A stretch of 64,000 nucleotides of DNA from Holosporales bacterium (lineage in GTDB: Bacteria > Pseudomonadota > Alphaproteobacteria > JAJTHO01): positions 30,060 through 94,059 of the forward strand of contig JBKCUA010000006.1 of assembly GCA_046318675.1 (NCBI GenBank), in the 5' to 3' direction. Below the pieces are notes generated by a model. It was not told the DNA's origin. It worked only from the letters and a program-made list of their open reading frames with translations, and made no database searches. This document shows, in pieces, positions 31,000-41,074 of the stretch; the first letter of the stretch is position 1, and each line of letters opens with the position of its first letter. A program made the translations under genes and the position numbers.

Positions 31000-32754
31000 C
31001 TATCCCGACGCTGCTACCTGCTCAGTCCACTCCAATGCCTCGCCTTGTTGATAACCAACAGCATAGGCGGCATTCATAGTGCGACGACCTGTTGCTGCTT
31101 TTGTAGTCAGTGTTAACCCCAACCGCTCCATCTCTTCTTCTACGGCTGTTTTCTTGAGTATAACCAAGTCTGTACCACTAATGCTCTTCAAAGTACGATT
31201 TTTCCGCAAGGCTTGCAGTTTGCTGTTAATGCCCGAGCAAAGGCCATCTTGAAACGATGTTGTGGCACTGCGGCGGTGGCCTTGATCGCCTTTAAGATAC
31301 AAAGATGATTGTTTAAAATTTTTTGCTTCTGTTTCAAAGGCCTCACACACTCGTTCATAAAGATAGTGTGCAGCCGCCACATCCGCCGGCAGGCCAAAGA
31401 CTATGTGCCGATGCGTACCATCGGCTTGGACTTCGTACCAAGTCCGGCAATCGCAAAACTCCGCCACCGCACGGAGGGCGGAATCCAAGGCTCCCAGACG
31501 CTTTCGCCCCGTATCGATACCTTGTCCCGTGCACGTTTGTTCTTTGAAAGCACTCTCATCAAGGGATAAACCATACTTATCGAGCAATTCGGCCACTTTT
31601 TTTGCGGCCAGCATCGCTTCTTCTTCAGTGCAGCCTTGCTCCACGGTTTTGCTCCGCAACGCCTTGATCCGCAACACCACTTTATCGAGTTCATCGGCAG
31701 ATGATTTTTTATTACTATTTTCTGCTGCAATGGCCGCCTTGGCACGGCTTGCCGCCGCTTCAAACCGCACCATCACACTGGATGGTACATCACCGGTATC
31801 AATCTGACGCCGCAAGACGGCCTTAACAGTCTCAATGGATTCATGATGCACGCGAATCCCGGCCACGGTACGGCGATGCACCGTCTCAAGCTGGATGGCT
31901 AGAATACGTTCGTAAGCCGCCACAAGAGAGGATTTTCTGGCATTCTCTGCTTTAAAAGCTTGGTACAATACGTCCTCGATTGCCTCCGTGTTGGACAATT
32001 GCCGAATGGCGTCCATGTCCTTTGCGCTTGGCTCAGGAAGCTGAGAAAGCTTTGCCCACACCAAAGCAATACAATCCAAAGGGCCGCCCTCGTCCTCTTC
32101 GTCTTCCATGAGCCTATCAAGGCCCATGCGCAACGACACGGAACACAATGTTTCGGCAAAACGCCGGGCATCCTTTAGATTTACAGAAGACGGCGTCGCC
32201 ACTGACGAAGAAAAAGAAGGAAAGACAATATTATTGGCATCAAGGCTCACCGGGGCACCGATAAGAAAATGCACACCTTCCGCATGAACCAATCGCATCC
32301 CGCAAACGCCCCCAGCAAGGGGAGCGAGCATCTCATCAACCCACAAGGAAATCTTCTCTCCCGATGGTGCAAACTGCGCCGTACACACAGTGTTTGCCTT
32401 TAAAATGTCCGGCAGATGCACCACGCGCAAGGATGCAGCCCCCAGCATATTCTGAATATCAATCTTTTGCGCAGGAGAGCACTGGGTATTTTGCAAGACC
32501 CGATGCAGTGCTGTCTTGCCCATCACTGAGGGGGTGAAAATCATAATATCAACAGCATATCCTACAGCTGTCATCAAAAAATCATTGGCTAAAGACTTAT
32601 CCATCGAATGAACATCTATACCCTCAAGCAATTTTGAAGCCAGCTCATGCACCTTAACAGTCGGGGTATAATGCTGCGCCACCTGCATCAAATGATCCAG
32701 GCTTTTTGCCTTTTCCTTCAACGTCGCCATGGTTGCCACGAACAATAATCCCAA
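31000..32754 (-). CDS. hypothetical 584-aa protein with a DUF2786-like segment in its C-terminal half
   Basis: ELDKVVLRIKALRSKTVEQGCTEEEAMLAAKKVAELLDKYGL resembles the DUF2786 helix pair. The N-terminal ~350 aa are unrecognised. Starts 3 nt after gap. Confidence 0.5.
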   Translation of the reverse strand: MGLLFVATMATLKEKAKSLDHLMQVAQHYTPTVKVHELASKLLEGIDVHSMDKSLANDFLMTAVGYAVDIMIFTPSVMGKTALHRVLQNTQCSPAQKIDIQNMLGAASLRVVHLPDILKANTVCTAQFAPSGEKISLWVDEMLAPLAGGVCGMRLVHAEGVHFLIGAPVSLDANNIVFPSFSSSVATPSSVNLKDARRFAETLCSVSLRMGLDRLMEDEEDEGGPLDCIALVWAKLSQLPEPSAKDMDAIRQLSNTEAIEDVLYQAFKAENARKSSLVAAYERILAIQLETVHRRTVAGIRVHHESIETVKAVLRRQIDTGDVPSSVMVRFEAAASRAKAAIAAENSNKKSSADELDKVVLRIKALRSKTVEQGCTEEEAMLAAKKVAELLDKYGLSLDESAFKEQTCTGQGIDTGRKRLGALDSALRAVAEFCDCRTWYEVQADGTHRHIVFGLPADVAAAHYLYERVCEAFETEAKNFKQSSLYLKGDQGHRRSATTSFQDGLCSGINSKLQALRKNRTLKSISGTDLVILKKTAVEEEMERLGLTLTTKAATGRRTMNAAYAVGYQQGEALEWTEQVAASG

Positions 32755-32757
32755 TAT

Positions 32758-33762
32758 TTACAGTCTTCCAAAAACAGCAGTGGTATCCAACATCCGGTTG
32801 GAAAATCCCCATTCGTTATCGTACCAAGCTAACACCCGGCAGAATGTTCCATCAATAACCTGTGTTCCCGTAGCATCAAAATTAGTGGAGAACGGTTCAT
32901 GATTAAAATCAATAGAAACAAGAGGCGTTGCGGTATAACTGATAATCCCTTTAAGATCACCTTCGGCAACTTTAAGCATCGCGTCATTAATCGCCGCCGC
33001 CGTGGTAGGCTTTTCCGCCACAAATTTAAAGTCCACCAAGGAGACGTTGGGAGTCGGCACGCGAATCGCCGTACCGTCCAGTTTCCCTTTTAATTCTGGT
33101 AATACCAAGCCAACAGCCTTAGCCGCCCCGGTGGATGTCGGTATCATGGAGACCGCCGCCGCACGGGCACGACGCAAGTCCTTATGCACTGTATCTACTA
33201 ATTTTTGATCGCCGGTATAACTATGGATTGTAGTCATGTAACCATGACGAATGCCCACCAACCGGTGCAACACAAACGCCAGCGGTGCTAAGCAATTCGT
33301 GGTGCACGAAGCATTAGAAATAACGGTATCCTGAGTCGTCAAAGCTGTATGATTTACCCCATACACAATGGTTCGATCCACGCCATCCGCCGGGGCAGAA
33401 ATCACCACCTTACGGGCACCAGCAGCAATATGTTTAGATGCACTGGCCTTATCCGTAAACCGCCCCGTGCATTCCAGCACCACATCAATTTTATGCTCTT
33501 TCCACGGCAACTTATCGGGGTTAGCCTCGGCACTAAAAGCAATAGTTCTGCCGCCTACCACTAAATTCTTTCCAGAGACCGAAACAGGTACAGGCAAGCG
33601 GCCATGCACAGAATCGTATTGCAGCAAGTACGCCGCCGTCTCCACCGCATCAAGGTCGTTTACCGCCACCACCTCAATGTCCGTACGCTTAGATTCCACC
33701 AATGCCCGAAAAACCAACCGGCCAATACGGCCAAACCCATTAATTGCTACCCGAACAATCAT
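32758..33762 (-). CDS. gap: glyceraldehyde-3-phosphate dehydrogenase
   Basis: Start trimmed to MIVRVAINGFGRIGRLV. Active site SNASCTTNCLAP. Confidence 0.95.
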   Translation of the reverse strand: MIVRVAINGFGRIGRLVFRALVESKRTDIEVVAVNDLDAVETAAYLLQYDSVHGRLPVPVSVSGKNLVVGGRTIAFSAEANPDKLPWKEHKIDVVLECTGRFTDKASASKHIAAGARKVVISAPADGVDRTIVYGVNHTALTTQDTVISNASCTTNCLAPLAFVLHRLVGIRHGYMTTIHSYTGDQKLVDTVHKDLRRARAAAVSMIPTSTGAAKAVGLVLPELKGKLDGTAIRVPTPNVSLVDFKFVAEKPTTAAAINDAMLKVAEGDLKGIISYTATPLVSIDFNHEPFSTNFDATGTQVIDGTFCRVLAWYDNEWGFSNRMLDTTAVFGRL

Positions 33763-33860
33763 TTTAATCCCCATACGCTATAAAAGTGGAACAATTTAGC
33801 CGCCCACTCCGATGCGCGTCAACCCTTGACGCGGCCATACTCTTAAGGGTACCGCAAGGT

Positions 33861-34367
33861 ATGCGCGTTATTTTAATCCTGATACTATGCTTAGCGTGCG
33901 CCACGCTAGCGACGGCCACGGAAAGCAGCCCAAAAAAAGAAACAGTGGGTAGCGTTACAGGCCTAACTTTACCGCGTTTTGCCTCCCTCAAAAACAGTCA
34001 AGTCAACATTCGCACCGGCCCCGGCAAACGCTATCCCATTGACTGGGTCATAGTACGAAAGGGAATGCCCGTTGAAATAATTGCCGAACATGATGTCTGG
34101 CGCAAAATTCGTGACTGGCAAGGTACCGAAGGCTGGGTGCACCACGCCATGCTCTCTGGTCGTCGTTCGATACTTATCATTGGTGACAATGTGATCATGC
34201 GTAAAAAACCCACCGCCGATGCCGCTCCAGTAATAAAACTTGCCCCTATGGTCGCCGCTTTTGTTGAAAGCTGTACCAACGATTGGTGCAAAATAGAAGC
34301 CGATAACTTTAAAGGTTGGATCATGATACACAATACTTGGGGTATTAAAGGCGGAGAAATCTTCTAG
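33861..34367 (+). CDS. SH3_4 (DUF1058) bacterial SH3-like domain protein
   Basis: Signal peptide, then LPRFASLKNSQVNIRTGPGKRYPIDWV...WRKIRDWQGTEGWVHHAMLSGRR...WCKIEADNFKGW. Confidence 0.78.
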   Translation: MRVILILILCLACATLATATESSPKKETVGSVTGLTLPRFASLKNSQVNIRTGPGKRYPIDWVIVRKGMPVEIIAEHDVWRKIRDWQGTEGWVHHAMLSGRRSILIIGDNVIMRKKPTADAAPVIKLAPMVAAFVESCTNDWCKIEADNFKGWIMIHNTWGIKGGEIF

Positions 34368-35317
34368 AAAACCAAAAAACGCTCCCATAGTGCTATGGCT
34401 AGGCCGCTGTCCTGCTTGCTGCGACGTTCCAGCTCAAGCAGTCGGCGCAACATTCCCTGCAACTGAAGCGTTGACCAGCGCCCTAACACTTGAGTGTAAA
34501 GACCCTCCACCTTAAAAAATACCGGAGGAGTAAGACGCTGCATTGCCGTTTTAAGGGCAAGACCACTTTCCGTTGCCATTTTAAGATTTAACAGTCGCAG
34601 CACCAGCCACGATGTTAAGCGCAACCGCATAATAATCTCATTCGGTGTCACCGCCGCCAATATTGCCCCAGCCTGAGCATCAGCAAGCAACCAACGCAAG
34701 AGTGCTGTCTCATCGGCATCGCTTACCTCCGGGAGAGCCGCCGCCACCGTCTCTTCTGTGATCTCTCCTCCTTGCCCCGCAAATGTTGCCAACCGTAACG
34801 CCTCTGTTCGCAGCCGAAGCCTATCCCCGGCTAGCATTTGCCCTAACATGGTGACGACCGTCTGGCTAACCCTAATATTTTCATTAGCAAAGATGGTTTT
34901 CAGCAACGCCGCAGCAAGACCCGGATCATCCGCGTAACATGGCACCGCAACAAGATGCGGTGCTTCCTCGAATAGCTTGAGCAATGAAGAACTCTTGCGC
35001 AGCTCCGGCGCACAAATAACAACTCGACCATCCCCTGTCCATGCATCAGATAACAAAGGCTTTAAGGCCGCCGTCTGACCGTCTCCGGCATCACTAATAA
35101 ACGCCAGCGGCGCGCCGCCAAACAATGCTGATGTTGTCAGTGCCTCCACCAAGCGGTGAGGGTGTTCTTTAATTTCCTTTCCGGTAAGTGCTACCAGTGC
35201 CAACGTATCCCCGCCCGTCCACGCCTTACGTACCGCCGCTGCACGTTCGGCAATCAAACCGCCATCATAACCAAACAACAGCACCCCGCGCCAAGCAGGC
35301 AACGGTGCCGCACACAA
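34364..35317 (-). CDS. holA: DNA polymerase III subunit delta (probable)
   Basis: Size, GVLLFGYDGGLI N-terminus and a helical C-terminal domain. TTG start with an in-frame stop shortly upstream. Confidence 0.6.
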   Translation of the reverse strand: MCAAPLPAWRGVLLFGYDGGLIAERAAAVRKAWTGGDTLALVALTGKEIKEHPHRLVEALTTSALFGGAPLAFISDAGDGQTAALKPLLSDAWTGDGRVVICAPELRKSSSLLKLFEEAPHLVAVPCYADDPGLAAALLKTIFANENIRVSQTVVTMLGQMLAGDRLRLRTEALRLATFAGQGGEITEETVAAALPEVSDADETALLRWLLADAQAGAILAAVTPNEIIMRLRLTSWLVLRLLNLKMATESGLALKTAMQRLTPPVFFKVEGLYTQVLGRWSTLQLQGMLRRLLELERRSKQDSGLAIALWERFLVF

Positions 35318-35498
35318 GCGATCAGCATCAGTTGCATTAATCTTAATACAACATTCTCCTTAAACATGTATAGGGAACGATTGGTTCTCTGTTTTTATTT
35401 TATAAGAAAGTATCTTATAAAAATTAAATGAGAAACATACACCCAGTACTCACTTACTATTGCGCGCCTAGCATGGCAATGCTAAGATTAGAGACACT

Positions 35499-36221
35499 AT
35501 GAATATTTCCCTAGGGCATATTGTCCGCGCCTATGATGAAGAATTAACACAACTCACCCTCTGCACCATCCGCATGGGAAGCAAGGTTGAGGAATTACTA
35601 AGCCATGCCTTGCGTTCCCTACATACCCGAGACAACGACCTTGCCGCGGCGACCTATGAAGACGATAATACCGTTGATGCCCTAGAAGTTGAGGTCAACG
35701 ATCAAATTTTGCAAATTCTTGCCTTGCGTCAGCCCATGGCCTCAGATTTACGTCTCATAGTTGGGAGTATGAGGATTGCCCGAGATTTAGAACGCATCGG
35801 CGACTATGCTGCCAATTTTGCAAAGCGCGCATATTACCTCAATGGTCAACCAAAGATTGAGCCCATCTCATCGCTGCTCCGGCTAGGTGGCTTAGTTCTG
35901 CCCATTTTGGGCGAGGCTCTGCAATCATATGCTGAACGCAGTATTGTTCATGCTGATACCGCCTGCGCTGGTGACGATGCTGTTGATGCGGCTTATGAAG
36001 AACTGTTCGCCCAGACTATTGAAGCCATGGAGCGCGATCCTAGCAATGCTGCTTCTTACGTTCATATACTTTTCATGGGAAAAAATATGGAGCGCATCGG
36101 CGACCGAGCCACCAACATTGCTGAAACCGTTCATTTCATCGTCCACGGTTCTCTCCCCCGTGTACCACGACGCCCCAATATTGCGGCCGCTCTTAAAACA
36201 AAGCATTTCCCCCAAGCATGA
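35499..36221 (+). CDS. phoU: phosphate signalling complex protein PhoU
   Basis: Two PhoU repeats with the ARDLERIGDYA and GKNMERIGDRA motifs. Confidence 0.93.
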   Translation: MNISLGHIVRAYDEELTQLTLCTIRMGSKVEELLSHALRSLHTRDNDLAAATYEDDNTVDALEVEVNDQILQILALRQPMASDLRLIVGSMRIARDLERIGDYAANFAKRAYYLNGQPKIEPISSLLRLGGLVLPILGEALQSYAERSIVHADTACAGDDAVDAAYEELFAQTIEAMERDPSNAASYVHILFMGKNMERIGDRATNIAETVHFIVHGSLPRVPRRPNIAAALKTKHFPQA

Positions 36222-36931
36222 CTACCCGCCCCTTGGTGCTGATTGCAGAAGACGAATCGGCTATTGCTACCTTGCTACGCTATAATCTTGAACAGGCCGG
36301 ATTCACTATTGAACATTGTACCGATGGTGATACGGCATTAAAAAAAGCCCGAACCATAGAACCTGATTTAGTCATTTTAGACTGGATGTTGCCGATTATG
36401 TCGGGGCTTGAAGTATGCCGTCAATTACGGGGCTTTGCCGAGACTGAACGCCTGCCGGTCATCATGCTCACCGCCCGCACCGAAGAAAGTGACCGCGTTC
36501 GTGGTCTTACCTTCGGCGCAGATGATTATATCACCAAGCCTTTTTCACCAGCAGAACTCGTTGCCAGAGTTCGCGGTCTTCTCCGGCGCAGCGGTACAGC
36601 CACTCCGGGTTCGGGACTACTCACCTGCGGTGATTTAAGCATTGATACTAATCGCCATCATGTCCAGCGAAGCAGCCGTATCGTGCACTTAGCTCCAACT
36701 GAATACAAGATCCTACTATTCTTAATGCAGCAGCCAGGCAAGGTTTTCTCCCGTGATGAAGTACTAAGCGGGGTTTGGGGAGATGCCATTCATGTCGAAG
36801 AGCGCACGATTGATGTGCACATTCGCCGTTTACGGCGCGCTCTAAACGAGGGAGGCGAACCTGATTTAGTACGAACCGTTCGCGCCGCTGGATATGCTAT
36901 CACGCCACCTTCTTTAACCGCAACCGACTAG
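36218..36931 (+). CDS. phoB: phosphate regulon response regulator PhoB (OmpR family)
   Basis: Receiver (VLIAEDE, LDWMLP, LTAR, KPF) plus a winged-helix domain (TIDVHIRRLRRAL, VRAAGY). ATGA overlap with phoU. Confidence 0.9.
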   Translation: MTTRPLVLIAEDESAIATLLRYNLEQAGFTIEHCTDGDTALKKARTIEPDLVILDWMLPIMSGLEVCRQLRGFAETERLPVIMLTARTEESDRVRGLTFGADDYITKPFSPAELVARVRGLLRRSGTATPGSGLLTCGDLSIDTNRHHVQRSSRIVHLAPTEYKILLFLMQQPGKVFSRDEVLSGVWGDAIHVEERTIDVHIRRLRRALNEGGEPDLVRTVRAAGYAITPPSLTATD

Positions 36932-36945
36932 CAGGATATTTCATC

Positions 36946-37812
36946 ATGGGAAAAAAAATTGGCATTATCGGGGGCAGCGGCCTTTACGCCCTAGAGGGAA
37001 TCTCATCCTTAGAATGGCGGGATATAAAAACTCCCTTTGGCGATCCTTCCGATGCCATTGGCGCAGCACAATTAGGTGCAGCAGAATTGTTTTTCCTCCC
37101 CCGTCATGGCCGAGGTCATCGCCATAATCCTTCGGAGATTAATTATCGTGCTAATATTGCCGCCCTTAAAATGCTGGGTGTTACCGACGTTATTTCTGTT
37201 AGTGCGGTAGGATCGCTCCGCGAGGATCGCGCCCCCGGCAGTTTGGTGTTTGTGGATCAATTTATCGATCGTACCATTAATCGTGCCAAAACCTTTTTTA
37301 CCAGTGGCTGCGTTGCCCATGTATCTATGGCCGAACCAATATGCACAACATTAAGCCGTTTTTTATTTGAACAAGCCAAACGCCTTGGCTTGAACGCTAC
37401 CTTTGGTGGCACCTACTTAGCCATGGAAGGACCGCAATTTTCATCTCTTGCCGAATCTAAGCTCTATCGATCATGGGGGTGCGATGTCATTGGCATGACC
37501 AATATGCCAGAAGCCAAATTAGCGCGCGAAGCAGAACTTGCTTATGCCAGCATTGCCTGCGTCACGGATTATGACTGCTGGCACCAAGATCATGGCCATG
37601 TTAATGTCGAAGCAGTTCTTAAAACATTGAGCACCAATATCAACAATAGTCAAAAGCTGCTGGCCACAAGCCTACCTCTATGGGCTGAATATGATTATAA
37701 GGACGACCAAGGATGCTACCGGGCTCTCGACAATGCTATCATAACCGCCCCGCAAGCACGAGATTTACAATTAGTGGATCGCCTGCGCCCAATTGCTGGG
37801 CGCGTTCTTTGA
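36946..37812 (+). CDS. mtnP: S-methyl-5'-thioadenosine phosphorylase
   Basis: IGIIGGSGLY, FLPRHGRGH, VIGMTNMPEAKLAREAE. Confidence 0.88.
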   Translation: MGKKIGIIGGSGLYALEGISSLEWRDIKTPFGDPSDAIGAAQLGAAELFFLPRHGRGHRHNPSEINYRANIAALKMLGVTDVISVSAVGSLREDRAPGSLVFVDQFIDRTINRAKTFFTSGCVAHVSMAEPICTTLSRFLFEQAKRLGLNATFGGTYLAMEGPQFSSLAESKLYRSWGCDVIGMTNMPEAKLAREAELAYASIACVTDYDCWHQDHGHVNVEAVLKTLSTNINNSQKLLATSLPLWAEYDYKDDQGCYRALDNAIITAPQARDLQLVDRLRPIAGRVL

Positions 37813-38430
37813 TTCTGCTCCGGACATTGCTACAATATCAATGGTCACCTTCTGACCATTCACGCCCAAAATCAATGAATCTTGACCATCTGTTACCTCA
37901 TCGTGCTGAATGCTGACCATTCCCGCCACCACATCACGATAGGTAAAGGTGTCCCCTGGACGAAGCACCAACGCATCACATAATACAAAACAATTCTCAG
38001 GAGCTTGCTCGAGAAAAAAATCCAAATCAAGAGCTTGTGTCTGCGTACTCTCCACCAAAGGTAAAATATGTTCCTGATTAAGGAAGGCTGAAGTACCCCA
38101 GGCAACTTGTACTACCCTGTCATTATATTCGTTATTTTTAACAACAGGCTTATTTGCTAACATAGCGCGTGCAAAAGCCCCGGTTAAAACATCTACTTCA
38201 GAGCGCTCAAGGCTCCGCCCGTTTTTATCGATAAGGATAGGACTTTTGTCATTATAATACCCTGTGACTAAGACCGAAATATCATCCGCAAAAGTAATAA
38301 GCAAATCAGGCTTAGCCGGCAAAAAATGGGCTGTTACGATATCGCCGCCCACGACTACTTGCTCATGTCCTTTACCATCGATAATGGATATCATATCTGT
38401 CTGCTGCACGATAGGATTTGGCAATTTCAT
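37771..38430 (-). CDS. hypothetical 219-aa protein with adhesin-module-like segments
   Basis: AT-rich ORF. PDLLITFADDISVLVTGYY and FTYRDVVAGMVSIQHDEVTDGQDSLILGVNG resemble motifs of large repetitive adhesins. Its 3' end overlaps mtnP convergently by 42 nt. Confidence 0.4.
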   Translation of the reverse strand: MKLPNPIVQQTDMISIIDGKGHEQVVVGGDIVTAHFLPAKPDLLITFADDISVLVTGYYNDKSPILIDKNGRSLERSEVDVLTGAFARAMLANKPVVKNNEYNDRVVQVAWGTSAFLNQEHILPLVESTQTQALDLDFFLEQAPENCFVLCDALVLRPGDTFTYRDVVAGMVSIQHDEVTDGQDSLILGVNGQKVTIDIVAMSGAESKNAPSNWAQAIH

Positions 38431-38539
38431 GTGGCATTCCTCCCATGAGGACTTGTGTTATGTTAAGTGATTAATATCACACTCACACACACTTTTCAAG
38501 GATTTTGTTTATCAAAAAATATAATTAAAACAATTATTT

Positions 38540-41062
38540 CTACCTTATAAACGCATTTTCGCGCATCAAGATTCCTCTTTGTAATAAAAAAACAGCAAAC
38601 TTCTTATCCGCTAAACTAACGCGCGGGGCATTCCACCGACCGCTAAAATCAAGTGCCAACGGCGGTGCTTCTGGATACGCAGCAAACCGCAATGCGGCTC
38701 GGCCATTTATCAGCCCATCACGTATTTGGTACTGACCGCTAGCTGCCAGTACTCCCCCCGTAAAATGCCCCGTTAGGTTATTCACATCGAGGCGTCCTGA
38801 CGCCAAGCGTCCAGACATCTCTGCATCACCTAGAATTAATGCCCCATCCCCTGATTTTTGGTTATTGCGCATCAGGCTCAATAAATTCTGTAATGCCAGC
38901 CCACGCACAGCCACACCCTGAGCCGTCAAAGCAATCTTTCCCACACCAATATCAAGCATATCTGCCAAACAGGTTGCTGCCCCAGTCAATGTCACCGCCC
39001 CACTCAAGGTTGCTCGACCAACGCCCACCTCAGCGGGTATATTCCTCAACCGCAAGGCCACCACTAATTGCGGCACCCCTCCTTGTGCCGAAGGATTAAG
39101 TCGTACGGAAGATTCCACTAACCCTTTATCATAATTAGCTTTTATATTAAAGTTTATTCCCTTCTCTGTCCCTCCCCCTTCCATGATAACATTACGCCAC
39201 ATCCGTACACCGCTCATCTCCGCAAGACGCAACGAAACCTGCCAAGGTTTACTGACCAATAAACTGTTTAATGGTATTGTTGTTACCGTCTCTCCGGCCA
39301 ATGCTGGGCATTTTGTTCCTGCCACAGGTGCTGAAATCGGTAACAACCCAGCCACATCCCTTGCTGACAGTCGGCCTGCTGTACCCGAAATAACTAACGG
39401 CTTATCCACCGTCCATGGCATATTAATGTCAAGATGCAGTGGCTGTCCTTCGATAGTTCCTTGCACCGATCCAACTTGTATTCCTTCACTGGTTATCTGC
39501 ACCGAACCCTGTAGGCTTAGAATCGGTGCCATAGAACGCTGTGCAGCCAGCATACCACTAAACGTAGGCTGACTACGCCCAACATCGAGTGTCCCCTTAA
39601 TCGTTGTTTGAGAAGCTTCATTAGTCCACATCAAGCTCACAGGTACCTGCGGCAAACTACCTTGCATTTCAGCAAGGACATTCCCCTGCCCCAAGGCAAG
39701 GGGCAACGAACCACCTGACAAAGCAGCGAGAACGCTCGCCTCACCCTCCATACGAGCGGCAACCTTTGGCACCAACCGATCCACATCAACGCCAATATAC
39801 CCTTGAATCCTATCTTCCCCATTTTTATCAACCACCACCAACGGGTTTACCTCAAACCGCCGTGAACCCAGCGTCGCTGTACCCCGTATCAATGCCAATG
39901 AACGCCCAGCCAATATAGTATCATTAAAATGAAAGTGGACTGTTACCGGATCCGCAGCATCACGCAGCCGCTGCCAGATGCCCACTGGTTCGGCATCTGG
40001 AATAGGCCAAGTTTTCCAGCCCTGCCCCACCACCGTGACACTCGTCGCCTTATCTTTTTTGACGGCACTGATTGTGATCTCCTCCGTGCCAAGAATAAGG
40101 GAGGCATCGCGCACCTGCCACTGATCCAGTCCTCCCTCCACCACTGCCCTTGCCGTTATCTCTCCTTGAGGGGCACGCCCCTGACCAATAACCAGCAACG
40201 GCTGATCCGGTCGCATCTGTATCTCAAGGCTGGCGTCTTTTAATGGTGGCATATCTATCCCCACCCGCACCCGGCCAGACAATGCCGCTCCACTCAAAAA
40301 CTCTGCCATCGCCATGGCATCACGAAACTCAAAAAAACCTTTTTCTTTAGTTGATATCATTTGATCATTTTTATAATGCAACGATCCGTCAATCAATACG
40401 ATATCGTTACTATCTTCAAGACGCAGAGTACCCGTCACGACTCCACCTGGAAACACCCCTTCACTCAATTTTGCCACTATCACCGAACCTTGCCAAAGTG
40501 CTGCCCCCACCAACCGCACGGCTATCGCACGCCCTACAAAAGGCGATGCCGTGAATGCAAATTGTAACGCGCGATGTTCGGGAAAAAATTTCAGTGCCAT
40601 ATCGTAACGATAGCGGCGTTCTGCCCAACGATAGGCTCCCACCACCGCTAACTGATCCACTGCCTGTCGCGTCAAGGCAACACCCATGTCCTCCATAACA
40701 GTAAGACTATTGCCCACCTTTATCTCGACTTTAGGAATAGTAACCTCCACCCCGGCTCCACCCCAGCGCAGCAATCGCCACCAGGTCAAAAACACCTCCG
40801 GCCGATGCGCCATTACAGTAGCCTTCATTCCCGTCGGATGCACCTGCACCGCATCCAACAGCACCACCATCCCCGTTAATCCGGGGCGCAGACGCGGCTC
40901 GCCCTCAATCTCTACTTGCAAGGGCATCCCGGCCACCATGCGCTGCACCTGCCCTGTCACCACGGCTTGCCACGGCAACACCCACACAACACCCACCCAC
41001 AATATCAGCACCAAGCCTATAACTATGCTCAGCCTCTTGCCCCAACGCGGCCATTGTTTCAT
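38540..41062 (-). CDS. AsmA family outer-membrane biogenesis protein
   Basis: Start trimmed to MKQWPRWGKRLSIVIGLVLILWV (single N-terminal TM helix). Long beta-rich body. C-terminal AsmA-like GRLDVNNLTGHFTGGVLAASGQY. Confidence 0.72.
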   Translation of the reverse strand: MKQWPRWGKRLSIVIGLVLILWVGVVWVLPWQAVVTGQVQRMVAGMPLQVEIEGEPRLRPGLTGMVVLLDAVQVHPTGMKATVMAHRPEVFLTWWRLLRWGGAGVEVTIPKVEIKVGNSLTVMEDMGVALTRQAVDQLAVVGAYRWAERRYRYDMALKFFPEHRALQFAFTASPFVGRAIAVRLVGAALWQGSVIVAKLSEGVFPGGVVTGTLRLEDSNDIVLIDGSLHYKNDQMISTKEKGFFEFRDAMAMAEFLSGAALSGRVRVGIDMPPLKDASLEIQMRPDQPLLVIGQGRAPQGEITARAVVEGGLDQWQVRDASLILGTEEITISAVKKDKATSVTVVGQGWKTWPIPDAEPVGIWQRLRDAADPVTVHFHFNDTILAGRSLALIRGTATLGSRRFEVNPLVVVDKNGEDRIQGYIGVDVDRLVPKVAARMEGEASVLAALSGGSLPLALGQGNVLAEMQGSLPQVPVSLMWTNEASQTTIKGTLDVGRSQPTFSGMLAAQRSMAPILSLQGSVQITSEGIQVGSVQGTIEGQPLHLDINMPWTVDKPLVISGTAGRLSARDVAGLLPISAPVAGTKCPALAGETVTTIPLNSLLVSKPWQVSLRLAEMSGVRMWRNVIMEGGGTEKGINFNIKANYDKGLVESSVRLNPSAQGGVPQLVVALRLRNIPAEVGVGRATLSGAVTLTGAATCLADMLDIGVGKIALTAQGVAVRGLALQNLLSLMRNNQKSGDGALILGDAEMSGRLASGRLDVNNLTGHFTGGVLAASGQYQIRDGLINGRAALRFAAYPEAPPLALDFSGRWNAPRVSLADKKFAVFLLQRGILMRENAFIR

Positions 41063-41074
41063 ATTCCCATAGCC

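Noticed and set aside
35318-35498. Pho box upstream of phoU-phoB
   Set aside because: No convincing tandem CTGTCAT-type repeats at 11-bp spacing were found in the AT-rich intergenic region.
38467-38480. gtgattaatatcac upstream of the 219-aa ORF as a possible operator palindrome
   Set aside because: On checking, only the 5-bp arms (gtgat/atcac) are complementary. That is too short to call.
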